Positions 28,446 to 38,441 of a stretch of DNA of 64,000 nucleotides are shown here, piece by piece. A program made the translations under genes and the position numbers. The notes beneath the pieces were generated by a model. That model searched no databases. It was not told where the DNA came from and worked only from the letters and a program-made list of their open reading frames with translations. Positions within the stretch are counted from its first letter, which is position 1, and each line of letters begins with the position of its first letter. This DNA is from a virus. Location of the stretch: IMG/VR virus record IMGVR_UViG_3300009173_000010, positions 1 to 64,000 of that record; one strand, 5' to 3'.

Positions 28446-30473
28446 ATGGCTACCTATATAGATCCGAAGGGTTATAAACCTAAAGATAGTGGTAAATCAT
28501 TTGTTGTAGGCTCATCCGAAGCACCACGTGTTCACGGGTTTTCAGGAACGAAATGGCAAAAGTACGATTCGGCTCCTCGCTTTAAGAATCAATTTTTTGT
28601 ACATTTTCAGTTTAGACCTCAAGTGACATATTCGGGTGGTTTTGAAACTTTGAAGGGCGTTTCGTATAAAGTTATAACGTTTGACGCCCCAAAGTTTGAA
28701 ATCCAAAACGAAACAATGATGCAATATAATAAACGTCGCATTATTCCTACACAGATACAATTTAGCCCGTGCAATATTACTTGGCATGATACTAAAGATG
28801 CTCAGGTCCAGCAATTTTGGCAATTTATCTATAACTTTTATTTTAAAGATGGCATGAAGAAAAAGCCTGGCCTATATGAAATGTCAGCATCTACAAAGAT
28901 AGTTGAAGGCGCTGATGCAGGCGCAATTAAAACGCCGCTTCCACATGAACAGTTTGGTTATCATTTAGGTAATAAAGAAGAATATCCGAACTTGTTTAGT
29001 GCAATCTCATTATATCTTGTTGCAAATTCAAAATATACTCGTATAGATTTAGTAAATCCATATTTACAAGCATTTAATCATGATTCATTAAGTCAAGAAG
29101 ATCCAAATACTCTTATGACTTTAACAGCAACCTTTCAACCCGAAACAGTTGTTTATGTTGCTGAAAACAAAACCCTTAATGAGGCCGACGATTATAATGG
29201 AACAGTACGAGCATTACTGGGCATGAGCGATAAAAATACGGCTATTTTTAATCATTATAGTTATGATGATACAATACCAGAAGTAAAAAATGGCCCAAAA
29301 AATATTGCTATTGTTCGTGATTCGATTGGCATGGGAACAAACCCAACAGATGGAACACTTGAGAAGAAAATTGGTAGGCGGAGTGCAGGAATGGCAACAG
29401 ATAGTGGAGATTTAGATACTATGTTCTCACCCACTTTAGTCTCTTCATCAAAGGATTATATGCAATGGTGGCACACAGGCGATGTTGAAGAAATGGAAGT
29501 AATACTTCAAAACATTGGTGTTACAATAGCCGTTGACGATTTTTCATTTTTAACGCAGACAATGACAAATCTGTTTAAAGGTACAAAACCTCCACAACAT
29601 ATTGAAAAACTAGCAAAGTCATTACAAACAGCAGTAGCAACCGACCCTGCAATTGCATCTAATCCAGCAACATTGGGCGGTAATGCCGGTGCCGTTGATA
29701 CGACGCCGCCCTTCGCCTTAGAAAAAGCCAATGTTGCGGCCTTTGATGATTTAAATGCGGCGATGTCATCAGTTACTGATCCTGGCGTTGTGCCAAGTGA
29801 AAAAAGCACAGCCGCTTTAAAAACTGCTATTACTAATGTTAAGACAGCACCACCGGGTACAGTTGGCAAAGCACTTTCAACCGCTCTATCATATGGCCAA
29901 TCGTCAATAGCCGTTAACGTATCAGGCGCACGGGCATCATTAATGGGCGGAACAGTACCGTCTTTTAATGCTCCGGGACTGAGTAATATAGGATTTGGTT
30001 CGTTGTTGCCATCAGGGCTGTCTGGTTTAAATCAAACTTTGCAAACATTAAGTACAATAGCAAGTGTTGTAAATGTTGTTGCTGGCGGAAATTCTTTTGG
30101 TAAATTTTCAACTGGTGCAAGTACATTAGCAAATGTAGTACAAGGATTATCAACTGGTAATTTAAGACAGGCGGCATTATCGGTTGGTACGCAAACACAT
30201 TTTTCACCAAATATAGGAAAGGCAATCACAGTTATTGATATGGTAACAGCAAGCCAAGCAACGTCTCAAAGATTGGTAGGTTCTAATTTCAATAATAGCG
30301 TAGTTTCAAGTTCACGAGGCGCCGCCAAGCCGTGGGTTAATCCGGATTCATTAGGTAATAAAACAGTTAATACAACATTGTTAACAACACAAGGAAAAGT
30401 TGCTCCCACATCATTTAATAAAACATTCGGCCCAGCCACATCAACGCAAAATAAAAATATTCATCCTTGGTAA
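28446..30473 (+). CDS. Tube-like baseplate/tail-tube initiator protein
   Basis: PKFEIQ..MQYNKRRI...F.P.NITWHD tube-like domain plus a low-complexity C-terminus. Confidence 0.55.
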   Translation: MATYIDPKGYKPKDSGKSFVVGSSEAPRVHGFSGTKWQKYDSAPRFKNQFFVHFQFRPQVTYSGGFETLKGVSYKVITFDAPKFEIQNETMMQYNKRRIIPTQIQFSPCNITWHDTKDAQVQQFWQFIYNFYFKDGMKKKPGLYEMSASTKIVEGADAGAIKTPLPHEQFGYHLGNKEEYPNLFSAISLYLVANSKYTRIDLVNPYLQAFNHDSLSQEDPNTLMTLTATFQPETVVYVAENKTLNEADDYNGTVRALLGMSDKNTAIFNHYSYDDTIPEVKNGPKNIAIVRDSIGMGTNPTDGTLEKKIGRRSAGMATDSGDLDTMFSPTLVSSSKDYMQWWHTGDVEEMEVILQNIGVTIAVDDFSFLTQTMTNLFKGTKPPQHIEKLAKSLQTAVATDPAIASNPATLGGNAGAVDTTPPFALEKANVAAFDDLNAAMSSVTDPGVVPSEKSTAALKTAITNVKTAPPGTVGKALSTALSYGQSSIAVNVSGARASLMGGTVPSFNAPGLSNIGFGSLLPSGLSGLNQTLQTLSTIASVVNVVAGGNSFGKFSTGASTLANVVQGLSTGNLRQAALSVGTQTHFSPNIGKAITVIDMVTASQATSQRLVGSNFNNSVVSSSRGAAKPWVNPDSLGNKTVNTTLLTTQGKVAPTSFNKTFGPATSTQNKNIHPW

Positions 30474-30481
30474 ATATTAAT

Positions 30482-30886
30482 ATGAGTACACAATTAACAG
30501 GAGCAACCGGTTTAGTTAAATCTTTTGGTAAGACAAAAAAGTCTGAGCCAGGCAGTACATTTTTAAGTAATATTAATATGGGCGAAATGCAGATTAATGG
30601 AGCCGAGTTTGATATTGTTCGTGGTATACTTGAAGCAGATCATAATGTATCAAGCGAAGTCAAGAATGTTTTAGCAGTTCTTATGTTAGAAGCGGCAAAA
30701 GGCCTTAATATTAGTGTTACTGAATTGGTCGAATTAGGTAGCATAAATCCTAATAAAATTAGTATACCAGAAGTAGGTCTCGAGATGATTAATCGATTGA
30801 GACCGATTACGAGCCAAATTGGAATGAAAACTGTTAATGCCAAAGCATCTGATGTTGTGTACATTGACAGGAATATTATTTCATAA
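30482..30886 (+). CDS. Hypothetical (probable baseplate-region) protein
   Basis: TAAATA-N5-ATG start; overlaps the start of gp4. Confidence 0.6.
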   Translation: MSTQLTGATGLVKSFGKTKKSEPGSTFLSNINMGEMQINGAEFDIVRGILEADHNVSSEVKNVLAVLMLEAAKGLNISVTELVELGSINPNKISIPEVGLEMINRLRPITSQIGMKTVNAKASDVVYIDRNIIS

Positions 30887-31347
30887 TGGCCAAACAACCC
30901 AAGTTTGCAAGAGGGTTATTCACTCCTCAAAATCATAAAAAATATGTTGGTTTAAAACAGCCAAGATACAGATCTGGCTGGGAATTAGCATTTATGAGAA
31001 TGTGTGATGCTCATCCTAATATAGTTAGTTGGGCAAGCGAACCATTACGAATTCCATATATTAATCCAATGACAGGACGCAAAACAAATTATATTCCAGA
31101 TTTTGTAATACAGTATAGAGATCGGCATGGTAAAGCACATAATGAAGTAATTGAAATTAAACCATTTGCCCAGACTACAGACGAAAGAGCAGGTAGCCAA
31201 ACAGAAAAAGCAATGGCTTTAGTTAACAAGGCCAAATGGCAAGCCGCATACGAATGGTCAAGTCAACGTGGCCTACGATTTCGAGTATTAACTGAAAATG
31301 AAATTTTTATGAATCCTCAAAAAAAGAAATCTCGTAAACGTAGATAA
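30886..31347 (+). CDS. gp4: Head completion nuclease (gp4/TnsA-like)
   Basis: YRSGWE, WASEP..IPY, YIPDF, IEIKP, N.AKW.AA, FRVLTE. Confidence 0.92.
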   Translation: MAKQPKFARGLFTPQNHKKYVGLKQPRYRSGWELAFMRMCDAHPNIVSWASEPLRIPYINPMTGRKTNYIPDFVIQYRDRHGKAHNEVIEIKPFAQTTDERAGSQTEKAMALVNKAKWQAAYEWSSQRGLRFRVLTENEIFMNPQKKKSRKRR

Positions 31348-31377
31348 TGTTATATCTATAAATAATATGGGTAGTTA

Positions 31378-31914
31378 ATGATGACAAAAAAACTTGAAGA
31401 AGAATTTAATTTGCCTCCATTAAAAGAGGCCCTTGCTGATGCCGAAAATCATAACGGTTTGGAAACGCCTGATGATATATCTGAAGATGAAGAAGTAATT
31501 GAAAAAGAAAAACTTCCTATTGATGCTATTGAAATACAAACAGCATTACGAGCGGCAGATAAAATTGATCAAGCACTGCCAACTGTTAGAGGATTGGAAT
31601 CACATGATTTAGATATGGATTCATATGCTACACAGGCAGAACAAGCATTTAAAGACTTAATGGATTTAGGAATGAACGTAGAAACTCGCCATGCAGGCGA
31701 TATTTTTGCGGCCGCCCAACGTATGTTAAAGAATTCAATTGAAGCAAAAGCAAATAAAGCAGATAAAAAATTAAAAATGATTGAAATGCAACTTAAAAAG
31801 ATGAAATTAGATCAAGAAAAAAACGGAGATTCGGGCGCAATTCAAGGCAAAGGTTATGTGATTGCTGACAGAAATGATATTCTTAAAAGTTTTCTAGATC
31901 AAGAAAATGAATAA
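31378..31914 (+). CDS. Probable terminase small subunit-like protein
   Basis: Coiled coil, FKDLMDLGMNVE.RHA, C-terminal DRNDIL; late promoter; located upstream of the large terminase. Confidence 0.5.
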   Translation: MMTKKLEEEFNLPPLKEALADAENHNGLETPDDISEDEEVIEKEKLPIDAIEIQTALRAADKIDQALPTVRGLESHDLDMDSYATQAEQAFKDLMDLGMNVETRHAGDIFAAAQRMLKNSIEAKANKADKKLKMIEMQLKKMKLDQEKNGDSGAIQGKGYVIADRNDILKSFLDQENE

Positions 31915-31947
31915 ATAGTAAAAAGAACTCTTAAGAGGGAAAACAAA

Positions 31948-32484
31948 ATGAAAAAATTATCAGATTATTTGGCCGAGTCTGTTAAAGAATTTAATTATAA
32001 AATTAAGATTCTTGGTGAAGTAGAAGATGGCATGATGGATGCTATTGAAAATGAATTAAAGAAATACGATCTCAAATCAATGGGCTCACCAACAAGAACA
32101 ATGTTCCAGAAAAATCCTTTAGATTTTGAGGAAGGTGTATCAGGCGAAGTTAATATTGCTAGTTTTAAAACAGGTATTGCATTACCAAAAGATGCAGTAC
32201 GAGATGTTATTGCACATAAGTTAGGAATTCCGGAAAAATATTTAAAGATCCGATCAGAAAACGATCCACTTGAATATTCTCTTGTTGACAATGCAGTTGA
32301 TACTGAAATTACAGTAGGCGAAAGCGATCCTGCAGATTCAGCATTAATGAATGAATATGAAGCAGATGAACATAAAGCAGAAGATTATCATGGCAATGAA
32401 TTTAATACAAAATTTGTTGATGAATTAATGAAGTTAGTAAAAGATAGAGATCAACATGTATCTAAATACATGAAGGAAGAATAA
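31948..32484 (+). CDS. Probable virion/internal head protein
   Basis: MKKLSDYLAES N-terminus, late promoter, acidic. Confidence 0.6.
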   Translation: MKKLSDYLAESVKEFNYKIKILGEVEDGMMDAIENELKKYDLKSMGSPTRTMFQKNPLDFEEGVSGEVNIASFKTGIALPKDAVRDVIAHKLGIPEKYLKIRSENDPLEYSLVDNAVDTEITVGESDPADSALMNEYEADEHKAEDYHGNEFNTKFVDELMKLVKDRDQHVSKYMKEE

Positions 32485-32500
32485 TTCCGGAGTGGATGAA

Positions 32501-33805
32501 ATGACAAATAATGGAACTAAGTATAATGCAGATTTATATCGTGCATTGGATATTATAAAGAAGTATAATATGCCTAATCAACCTAAAGCAGTTGATGAAG
32601 CACCATATGGATTGATAAATCGTGCAAAAGATGCTGTAAAGGGTGGCGTCGGTGCAATGGTGGGCAAAGGACAGATGTCTAAAGGTAGAATAGAAGCAGG
32701 TCGATTGTCGGATGATTTAAATAAACAATATTTACAATTTTTAGGACAACGCGGACATAAGAATCAAAAGACTCAAACAGTTCAGGATATTACAGATTTC
32801 TTTTCTAAATTTCAAGTTGATCCGGCTTCGTATTTTGCAAAAGCAGGAGTTGCCGCAGGCGAGCCAACCACAGTACTTACAAAAAAACAATCCGATAATG
32901 TTGTATTACAAATTGGTCAAGGAATGGCGTCAAGCGGAAAAGTCCCACCAGGCATGGGCGCCGCAGAAGATCCAGCCACGGCCGGTAAAGCCGCAACTGA
33001 TACAGCACCAACATCAGCAGGCGCAAAGGCCGCAGGAGCGGCAGGAGCCGCAGGCGCAGCCGGCGCTTCATTTGGTAGAAAATCTGATGGTACAGCGGCC
33101 GCAACAGGCGGAGCAGGCGCAACAGGAGCCGCAGGCGGAGCAGGCGCAACAGGCGGAGCAGGCACAACAGGAGCCGCAGCCGAACCAGGCACAACAGGAG
33201 CCGCAGGCGAACCAGGAGCCGCAGGAGCGGCAGGAGCCGCAGGAGCGGCAGGAGCCGCAGGAGCGGCAGGAGCGGCAGGAGCCGCAGGCGAACCAGGAGC
33301 CGCAGGAGCCGCAGGAGCCGCAGGCGAACCAGGAGCCGCAGGCGAACCAGGAGCCGCAGGCGAACCAGGAGCCGCAGGCGAACCAGAAACGCCAGCCACG
33401 CCAGCCACGCCAGCACAAAAGTTTAATAATGGTGATGAAGTTAGTTATATAACTTCAAAAGGCAAACCACAAGATGGCATATTTGTACAATATTTAGATA
33501 CTAAAGATGCCGAAGGCGACCCACAAGCACAGGTTCGACAACCTAATCAAACAGATGCTCAAGCCTATGCAATTGATGCGGACAGTATCGGCCCTAAAGG
33601 TTCTCCACCAGTTAATAATGATGCGGCAAAAGCAAGTACACCAGCACAAAATAAGGTACTTGGCCAAGTTGAAAAATTAAATGACAGTGATCGCGTAAAA
33701 TTAAAAAATACTATTGGTAGAATTTTAACAAGCCAAGCAATGAAAGCAAGTCCTGGACGATTAGCCGCCAGCAAGAAGCCAGCCGGGGAGGTATCAGCAG
33801 GATGA
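32501..33805 (+). CDS. Virion protein with collagen-like Gly-X-Y repeat
   Basis: GAA/GAT/GEP triplet repeats; ATGA overlap with the next gene. Confidence 0.65.
   Translation: MTNNGTKYNADLYRALDIIKKYNMPNQPKAVDEAPYGLINRAKDAVKGGVGAMVGKGQMSKGRIEAGRLSDDLNKQYLQFLGQRGHKNQKTQTVQDITDFFSKFQVDPASYFAKAGVAAGEPTTVLTKKQSDNVVLQIGQGMASSGKVPPGMGAAEDPATAGKAATDTAPTSAGAKAAGAAGAAGAAGASFGRKSDGTAAATGGAGATGAAGGAGATGGAGTTGAAAEPGTTGAAGEPGAAGAAGAAGAAGAAGAAGAAGAAGEPGAAGAAGAAGEPGAAGEPGAAGEPGAAGEPETPATPATPAQKFNNGDEVSYITSKGKPQDGIFVQYLDTKDAEGDPQAQVRQPNQTDAQAYAIDADSIGPKGSPPVNNDAAKASTPAQNKVLGQVEKLNDSDRVKLKNTIGRILTSQAMKASPGRLAASKKPAGEVSAG
33033..33412 (+). repeat. 9-nt-based tandem repeats (GGAGC[CG]GCA, GGCGAACCA)
   Basis: Direct inspection; encodes GAA/GEP triplets. 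Confidence 0.9.
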
Positions 33806-36309
33806 AACTAACAGAATTAAAAAATAAAAAAATGTATCTATATGAGAGCGAACTTGGATCTGATTTAGATAATTTTACATCTGAACAAAAAGAAGTAATG
33901 CGTCAAGTTGAAGAAACATTGATGCCTTATATTAATGAGTATAAACGGTTAATTTTATCAGAAGCGGCAGTTACACCAGACCAAGTAAATGCTATTTTTC
34001 AACAAGCAGTTGATGGCCATATAGAAGCAACCGGTAATCCAGGTTTATTAAAGAAAAGTACACAAGCAATTGGTAAAAGTTTACCAGTTAAAGCGGTAAA
34101 AGCGGCCAATAAGGCACTTAACGACTTAGGTAAAAAGATTCAAGATACTGAACCAGTACAAAATTTTGATGCTTTAGTTGCTAAAAAGATTGGAGAAATG
34201 AAAGTTAAACTAGAAGACAGTCCAATGGGGGCGGCTCTAGTTAAACAAGTACAAGCATATGGTAAGTGGGGTAAAGAGAACCCAGGTAAACAAGCAATTA
34301 TTGTTGCTGTAATTACATTAGCAGGCGGCATGATCGCTGGCCCAGCCGGCGGCGCTATTGCTGGTTTTGTAATGAGAGCAGGTAACGATTTGATTGCAGG
34401 CGAAAAGTTAAGTACAGCAGTTGGTAGAGCAGGAAAAACAGCGGCAATTGGTGCTCTTGTTGGTTTTGCGGCCAATTGGCTTGGCGACGGTGTTATTTCT
34501 AATATTGAAATGGCAGGTATCGAAGACATTGAAGGAATGGAAGCGGCCATGAAAGCGATCAATGTTGAGGATGCAATGGCCGGAGTAACTGATCAATATG
34601 GTGATCTTGTTGCTGAATTAGATGGTGCTATGTCAATTCAATCGACGGGTAGTATTAATGCTTTCCATTATAGTTATGATATTATTATGCCACCTGATGT
34701 ATATGAACAATTTGAAGCCGCAAAAGCGGCAGTCTCGGCCACCGGCGGTAATTGGTCGCCAGAATGGTATACAGAAGTAGCAAAATATCATGAAATGATG
34801 GCAGGTTTGCAAAACGACCCTATCCAAGGAACAATGCGAGCGGCAGTAGATGCAATTAAATCGGCACAAGAAACAGGAATGTCAATTGATCAATTAGAAC
34901 AAGTTATAGGTCAATATGATAATCTCGACGGTTTATTAACTAATTTAGAAGCGGCACAAGGCCCTGTTGCGGCCGCGGCACAAGCGGCGGTTCAACAAGC
35001 AGATCAATTAAAGGCAGCCGCAACAAAAGCAGGCGAACCAGAAGAACCTGAAAAACCAGTTCCAGCCGAAATGATTCCAGCAGGTGCTGGAGAAGAAACT
35101 GCTAAAGAAAGTTTTGAAGAAAATGACGATCATTTATATGAACTTAATTTTGCTGGAATAAAAACAGCAATGGGTGGTGTGCTGGCCAAGGCCGCCGCTG
35201 CCGTAGCCGATGTTGGCGCAATATCAGTAGATGGTTTAGTAAACGCATGGAAAAAAGCAGGTTCACCAGAAGATTCAGCAAGTATTAGAAATATAGTAGT
35301 TGATGCTGGAATTGGCGCTGATACAGTTGATAATGCATTTTCATCAGCAGGAATTGACGTAAGTGCAGAACCAGAAGCAGGTGCAGATGCCGAAGCAGAA
35401 GCAGGTGCAGAAGCAGGTGCAGAAGCAGGCGCGGATGCCGAAGCAGAAGCAGGTGCAGAAGCAGGTGCAGAAGCAGGCGCGGATGCCGAAGCAGGCGCAG
35501 ATGCCGATGCCGAAGCAGGCGCAGATGCCGATGCCGAAGCCGGCGCCGAAGCAGGCGCTGAAGAACCAGCAGGCCCAGCAGACGATCAAGTATTGCAAGA
35601 TTTAGCACAAATGATTATTGATAATGGTATGGTACAAGTACCACAAGGCAATGTAACCCATGCAGGCCTTATGGCCCTAATTGGTGAATCAGTTAGTAAT
35701 GAAGAGTTAAATGATTTAATGGAGAGAATAATGAAAATCGATGAAATGTGTGGTGTTTGTGATCCAACAGGTCCTGAGGTAATGCCAGAACCTAAAACAA
35801 ATTACAATCTAAACATCACCCAAGATGATGGTAATACTCATAAAACTATGAATGTTACTAGTGATGCTCCTGATGAATTAATGAAAGTATTAAGTTTGGC
35901 GGGCGTTTCAACCGGCCATTCAGAACCAGATGGTGATGAAATTGTTGGCGTTGACCTTGATGGCGATGAGCCAGCAGGCCCACAAAGTATGGGCGACTTA
36001 GTACAGAAGTTAAACAACATTGGAAGCAATAGCGATGAACATGACCACGACGGTATGACACATTCACATCCAAATGATGGCGAGCACGACCATGATGATG
36101 ATGGCGAAGAGTATGAAAGTGTTGAACAAGACCCACGTAGTAAGCCAAAATATTGGTCCAGATCTGATTTACCGATACATGGCGCAGGCGAGAAAAAGCA
36201 ACCAAAGCAACGCACAGTAAGTGCAAGACAAGGCGACAATCCTTATCTTAATGCAGAATCGTTAGAGGAAAAATTCTCAAAAGCATACACAGACTATAAA
36301 AGCGAGTAA
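33802..36309 (+). CDS. Large acidic virion protein (probable internal/ejected protein)
   Basis: MKLTEL..YLYES N-terminus, hydrophobic Gly-rich helices at about aa 165-220, AEAG repeats, LSLAGV motif. Confidence 0.65.
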   Translation: MKLTELKNKKMYLYESELGSDLDNFTSEQKEVMRQVEETLMPYINEYKRLILSEAAVTPDQVNAIFQQAVDGHIEATGNPGLLKKSTQAIGKSLPVKAVKAANKALNDLGKKIQDTEPVQNFDALVAKKIGEMKVKLEDSPMGAALVKQVQAYGKWGKENPGKQAIIVAVITLAGGMIAGPAGGAIAGFVMRAGNDLIAGEKLSTAVGRAGKTAAIGALVGFAANWLGDGVISNIEMAGIEDIEGMEAAMKAINVEDAMAGVTDQYGDLVAELDGAMSIQSTGSINAFHYSYDIIMPPDVYEQFEAAKAAVSATGGNWSPEWYTEVAKYHEMMAGLQNDPIQGTMRAAVDAIKSAQETGMSIDQLEQVIGQYDNLDGLLTNLEAAQGPVAAAAQAAVQQADQLKAAATKAGEPEEPEKPVPAEMIPAGAGEETAKESFEENDDHLYELNFAGIKTAMGGVLAKAAAAVADVGAISVDGLVNAWKKAGSPEDSASIRNIVVDAGIGADTVDNAFSSAGIDVSAEPEAGADAEAEAGAEAGAEAGADAEAEAGAEAGAEAGADAEAGADADAEAGADADAEAGAEAGAEEPAGPADDQVLQDLAQMIIDNGMVQVPQGNVTHAGLMALIGESVSNEELNDLMERIMKIDEMCGVCDPTGPEVMPEPKTNYNLNITQDDGNTHKTMNVTSDAPDELMKVLSLAGVSTGHSEPDGDEIVGVDLDGDEPAGPQSMGDLVQKLNNIGSNSDEHDHDGMTHSHPNDGEHDHDDDGEEYESVEQDPRSKPKYWSRSDLPIHGAGEKKQPKQRTVSARQGDNPYLNAESLEEKFSKAYTDYKSE
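35365..35562 (+). repeat. Tandem repeats encoding AEAG/ADAE
   Basis: GCAGAAGCAGGT and GATGCCGAAGCAGGC units. Confidence 0.85.
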
Positions 36310-36314
36310 CTACT

Positions 36315-36647
36315 GTGAAGTTTTTTGAGATTGTAAATGAGGATTGGGAATCTGATGCCGCAGAACGCGAAAAGCGTGAGCGCGGCCATGATGCCTTTGA
36401 TGCTTCACATGATCAAGCATTGTGGCGCCGCCGCCCAGCCGATCGTTCCCCAGAAGTAGGTGATCACCGAGTGTGGGGCGGCATGAGTGGCAGTCTTATT
36501 AAACAAGCAAAGCGGTTAGAACATATTGTAGACGAACTTGAAGGGTTTAATGTTGAAGAAGCAGATCCAATAGTATTAAAACGTTTTCGAGATGCTCTCA
36601 TGGATCTTAATGAAATTGAAATGGGCGACGACGATGAAAGCGAGTGA
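36315..36647 (+). CDS. Hypothetical protein (MKFFEIVNE N-terminus)
   Basis: GTG start, 110 aa, in operon order. Confidence 0.55.
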   Translation: MKFFEIVNEDWESDAAEREKRERGHDAFDASHDQALWRRRPADRSPEVGDHRVWGGMSGSLIKQAKRLEHIVDELEGFNVEEADPIVLKRFRDALMDLNEIEMGDDDESE

Positions 36648-38121
36648 GTTTATATTTTTAATTGAAAAAGGCTTATCACATGGTGATCTTGCTAAAAGAT
36701 ATGGAGAGTATCTTGATCAATTAATTACGTTTATTAATAACGGCGAGGAAGTTGAATTAGAAGGCGCCTCATGGAAGAAATATGGTAATTTTGTAACATT
36801 TGAGAAAGAAGACGCAAAAAAACTTGCTCAAGTATATTATGGCCAAGATGAGATACCAACGGACAAAACCAACGTGGAAGTGACCGATGCAGGACCTGAT
36901 CGAATTGTTCCTGTCGGCAACTATAAAACTTTAAGATTAACCATTCAAGGTACTAAAGATACAGTGCCGGTGGGTCATGTACATAAATCGGATAAATTTA
37001 AATCCGGTAAAGGATTTAATGCAGGTGATGTCGGCGAAGCATTTTTAGGTGCCGCGGCAACTGCTAAATTTAGATCACCTAATGTTGATATTACCGAAGA
37101 GGATATTATAAACGTTCTTAAATCGATGACGATTACCGAAGCCGCAAAAACTTTACAGGGCGAAGTTTGGACCGAGGTTAATCTCGGCCCTAATAACATT
37201 CCGAATTCTGACGCCGATGAGTTATACTTTAAATTAGTTTTGAATAGATCGGGTTTTACAGCAATTCAAAAAGCAATCAAATCAGGCACCTGGCATCCTA
37301 AAATGGCTGGATTGAATAGATCAGCAGTCATGTGGGCAAATACTAATCAAACTGTTACAAACGCAGTTAAAACAATAATTGAAAATGGCAAAAAAAATAT
37401 GGTAAAAGTTACATCAGATGGTACAATGGATCAAAAAGGCACTAAAGCAGATTTATTTTTAACTGTTGATGATATAACAATTAGTTTATTAAGTGCTAAA
37501 ACAGGTGATGTAAAACAGTTTGGCCAAGTTAGTGGAGATACATTTGAGGTTTTTCAAGAATATTTTAACAAGATTCTTGGAGTAGATATACCCGATACTT
37601 GGATTGACCAGTTAGAGGGAGTCGGCCGAAAAGAGAGTTTCGAGATTTTACAGAAAATATATGAAAAAGTATTTACTGAGTTAAAAGCCGAACTTGCAGG
37701 TAATACAAAGAAAGAAGTTACATTTTTAGACAGACTTTATTCAGGTATTAAGCATTTCGCCACAAACAACGACCCAAACGTTAGCATGGTTATTTTAAAA
37801 ACTACACCAAACGCACCCGGATATAAAGAATTATTCTTTGGTCCAGAGTTACATGAAGCAATGAAACAGTTTGATTTAAAGATAGATTATCAAGCAACCC
37901 CTCCAGTAATTAAAATCTTTGGCGTTCCGGTAGGATCGGATGCAAAAGAAGTATTCGCAGGCAAAGAAATGTTGGTTCAAATTAGATCGAATCTTAAACC
38001 TTCAGAAAGTTATTTAAGAAATACCATCGAAATGGGCGATCTATTAAAACATATTGCGGATGTTAAATATAAGATTGAGCGGGACGATCCCATCACTCAA
38101 ATAAACCCAACTAAACCTTAA
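36634..38121 (+). CDS. Hypothetical protein, possible PD-(D/E)XK-like fold
   Basis: MKASEFIFLIE start; GDVGE...KADL...LLSAK pattern. Confidence 0.55.
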   Translation: MKASEFIFLIEKGLSHGDLAKRYGEYLDQLITFINNGEEVELEGASWKKYGNFVTFEKEDAKKLAQVYYGQDEIPTDKTNVEVTDAGPDRIVPVGNYKTLRLTIQGTKDTVPVGHVHKSDKFKSGKGFNAGDVGEAFLGAAATAKFRSPNVDITEEDIINVLKSMTITEAAKTLQGEVWTEVNLGPNNIPNSDADELYFKLVLNRSGFTAIQKAIKSGTWHPKMAGLNRSAVMWANTNQTVTNAVKTIIENGKKNMVKVTSDGTMDQKGTKADLFLTVDDITISLLSAKTGDVKQFGQVSGDTFEVFQEYFNKILGVDIPDTWIDQLEGVGRKESFEILQKIYEKVFTELKAELAGNTKKEVTFLDRLYSGIKHFATNNDPNVSMVILKTTPNAPGYKELFFGPELHEAMKQFDLKIDYQATPPVIKIFGVPVGSDAKEVFAGKEMLVQIRSNLKPSESYLRNTIEMGDLLKHIADVKYKIERDDPITQINPTKP

Positions 38122-38172
38122 ATCTCCAATCATATAAATAAATTACAGTTGTATTTGTCAAGGAGGGTTCTT

Positions 38173-38433
38173 ATGCTTTTAAAGGAGTATCGTCTAACTA
38201 CAATGTCAGTGTATTATTGGATGCCTGACTATAATCATATACTGCAACAATTTATATGGCAGTACATGGATGTTCCACCTGCTTTTGCTCGATCATATCG
38301 TTTTTTAGATTTTTGGAAAGAAAATATAGAAGCAGTAATTGAAGAAGTAACAATCGCACATGGCGATCACAATCCATGGGATCTACAGGTTACTAATGAT
38401 TACCGTGTTGTGGATTTTGAGAAGAAATTTTAA
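38173..38433 (+). CDS. usg: Usg family protein
   Basis: LTT..YYWMPD..HILQQFIWQ..D..P.F...RFLDFW...IEA.I..V..AH; SD AGGAGG. Confidence 0.8.
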   Translation: MLLKEYRLTTMSVYYWMPDYNHILQQFIWQYMDVPPAFARSYRFLDFWKENIEAVIEEVTIAHGDHNPWDLQVTNDYRVVDFEKKF

Positions 38434-38441
38434 AGGATAAC

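Noticed and set aside
32817-33452. Overlapping QEPQ-, RLL- and CGS-repeat ORFs; possible CRISPR array
   Set aside because: Alternative frames of the 9-nt coding repeat; no unique spacers and no cas genes
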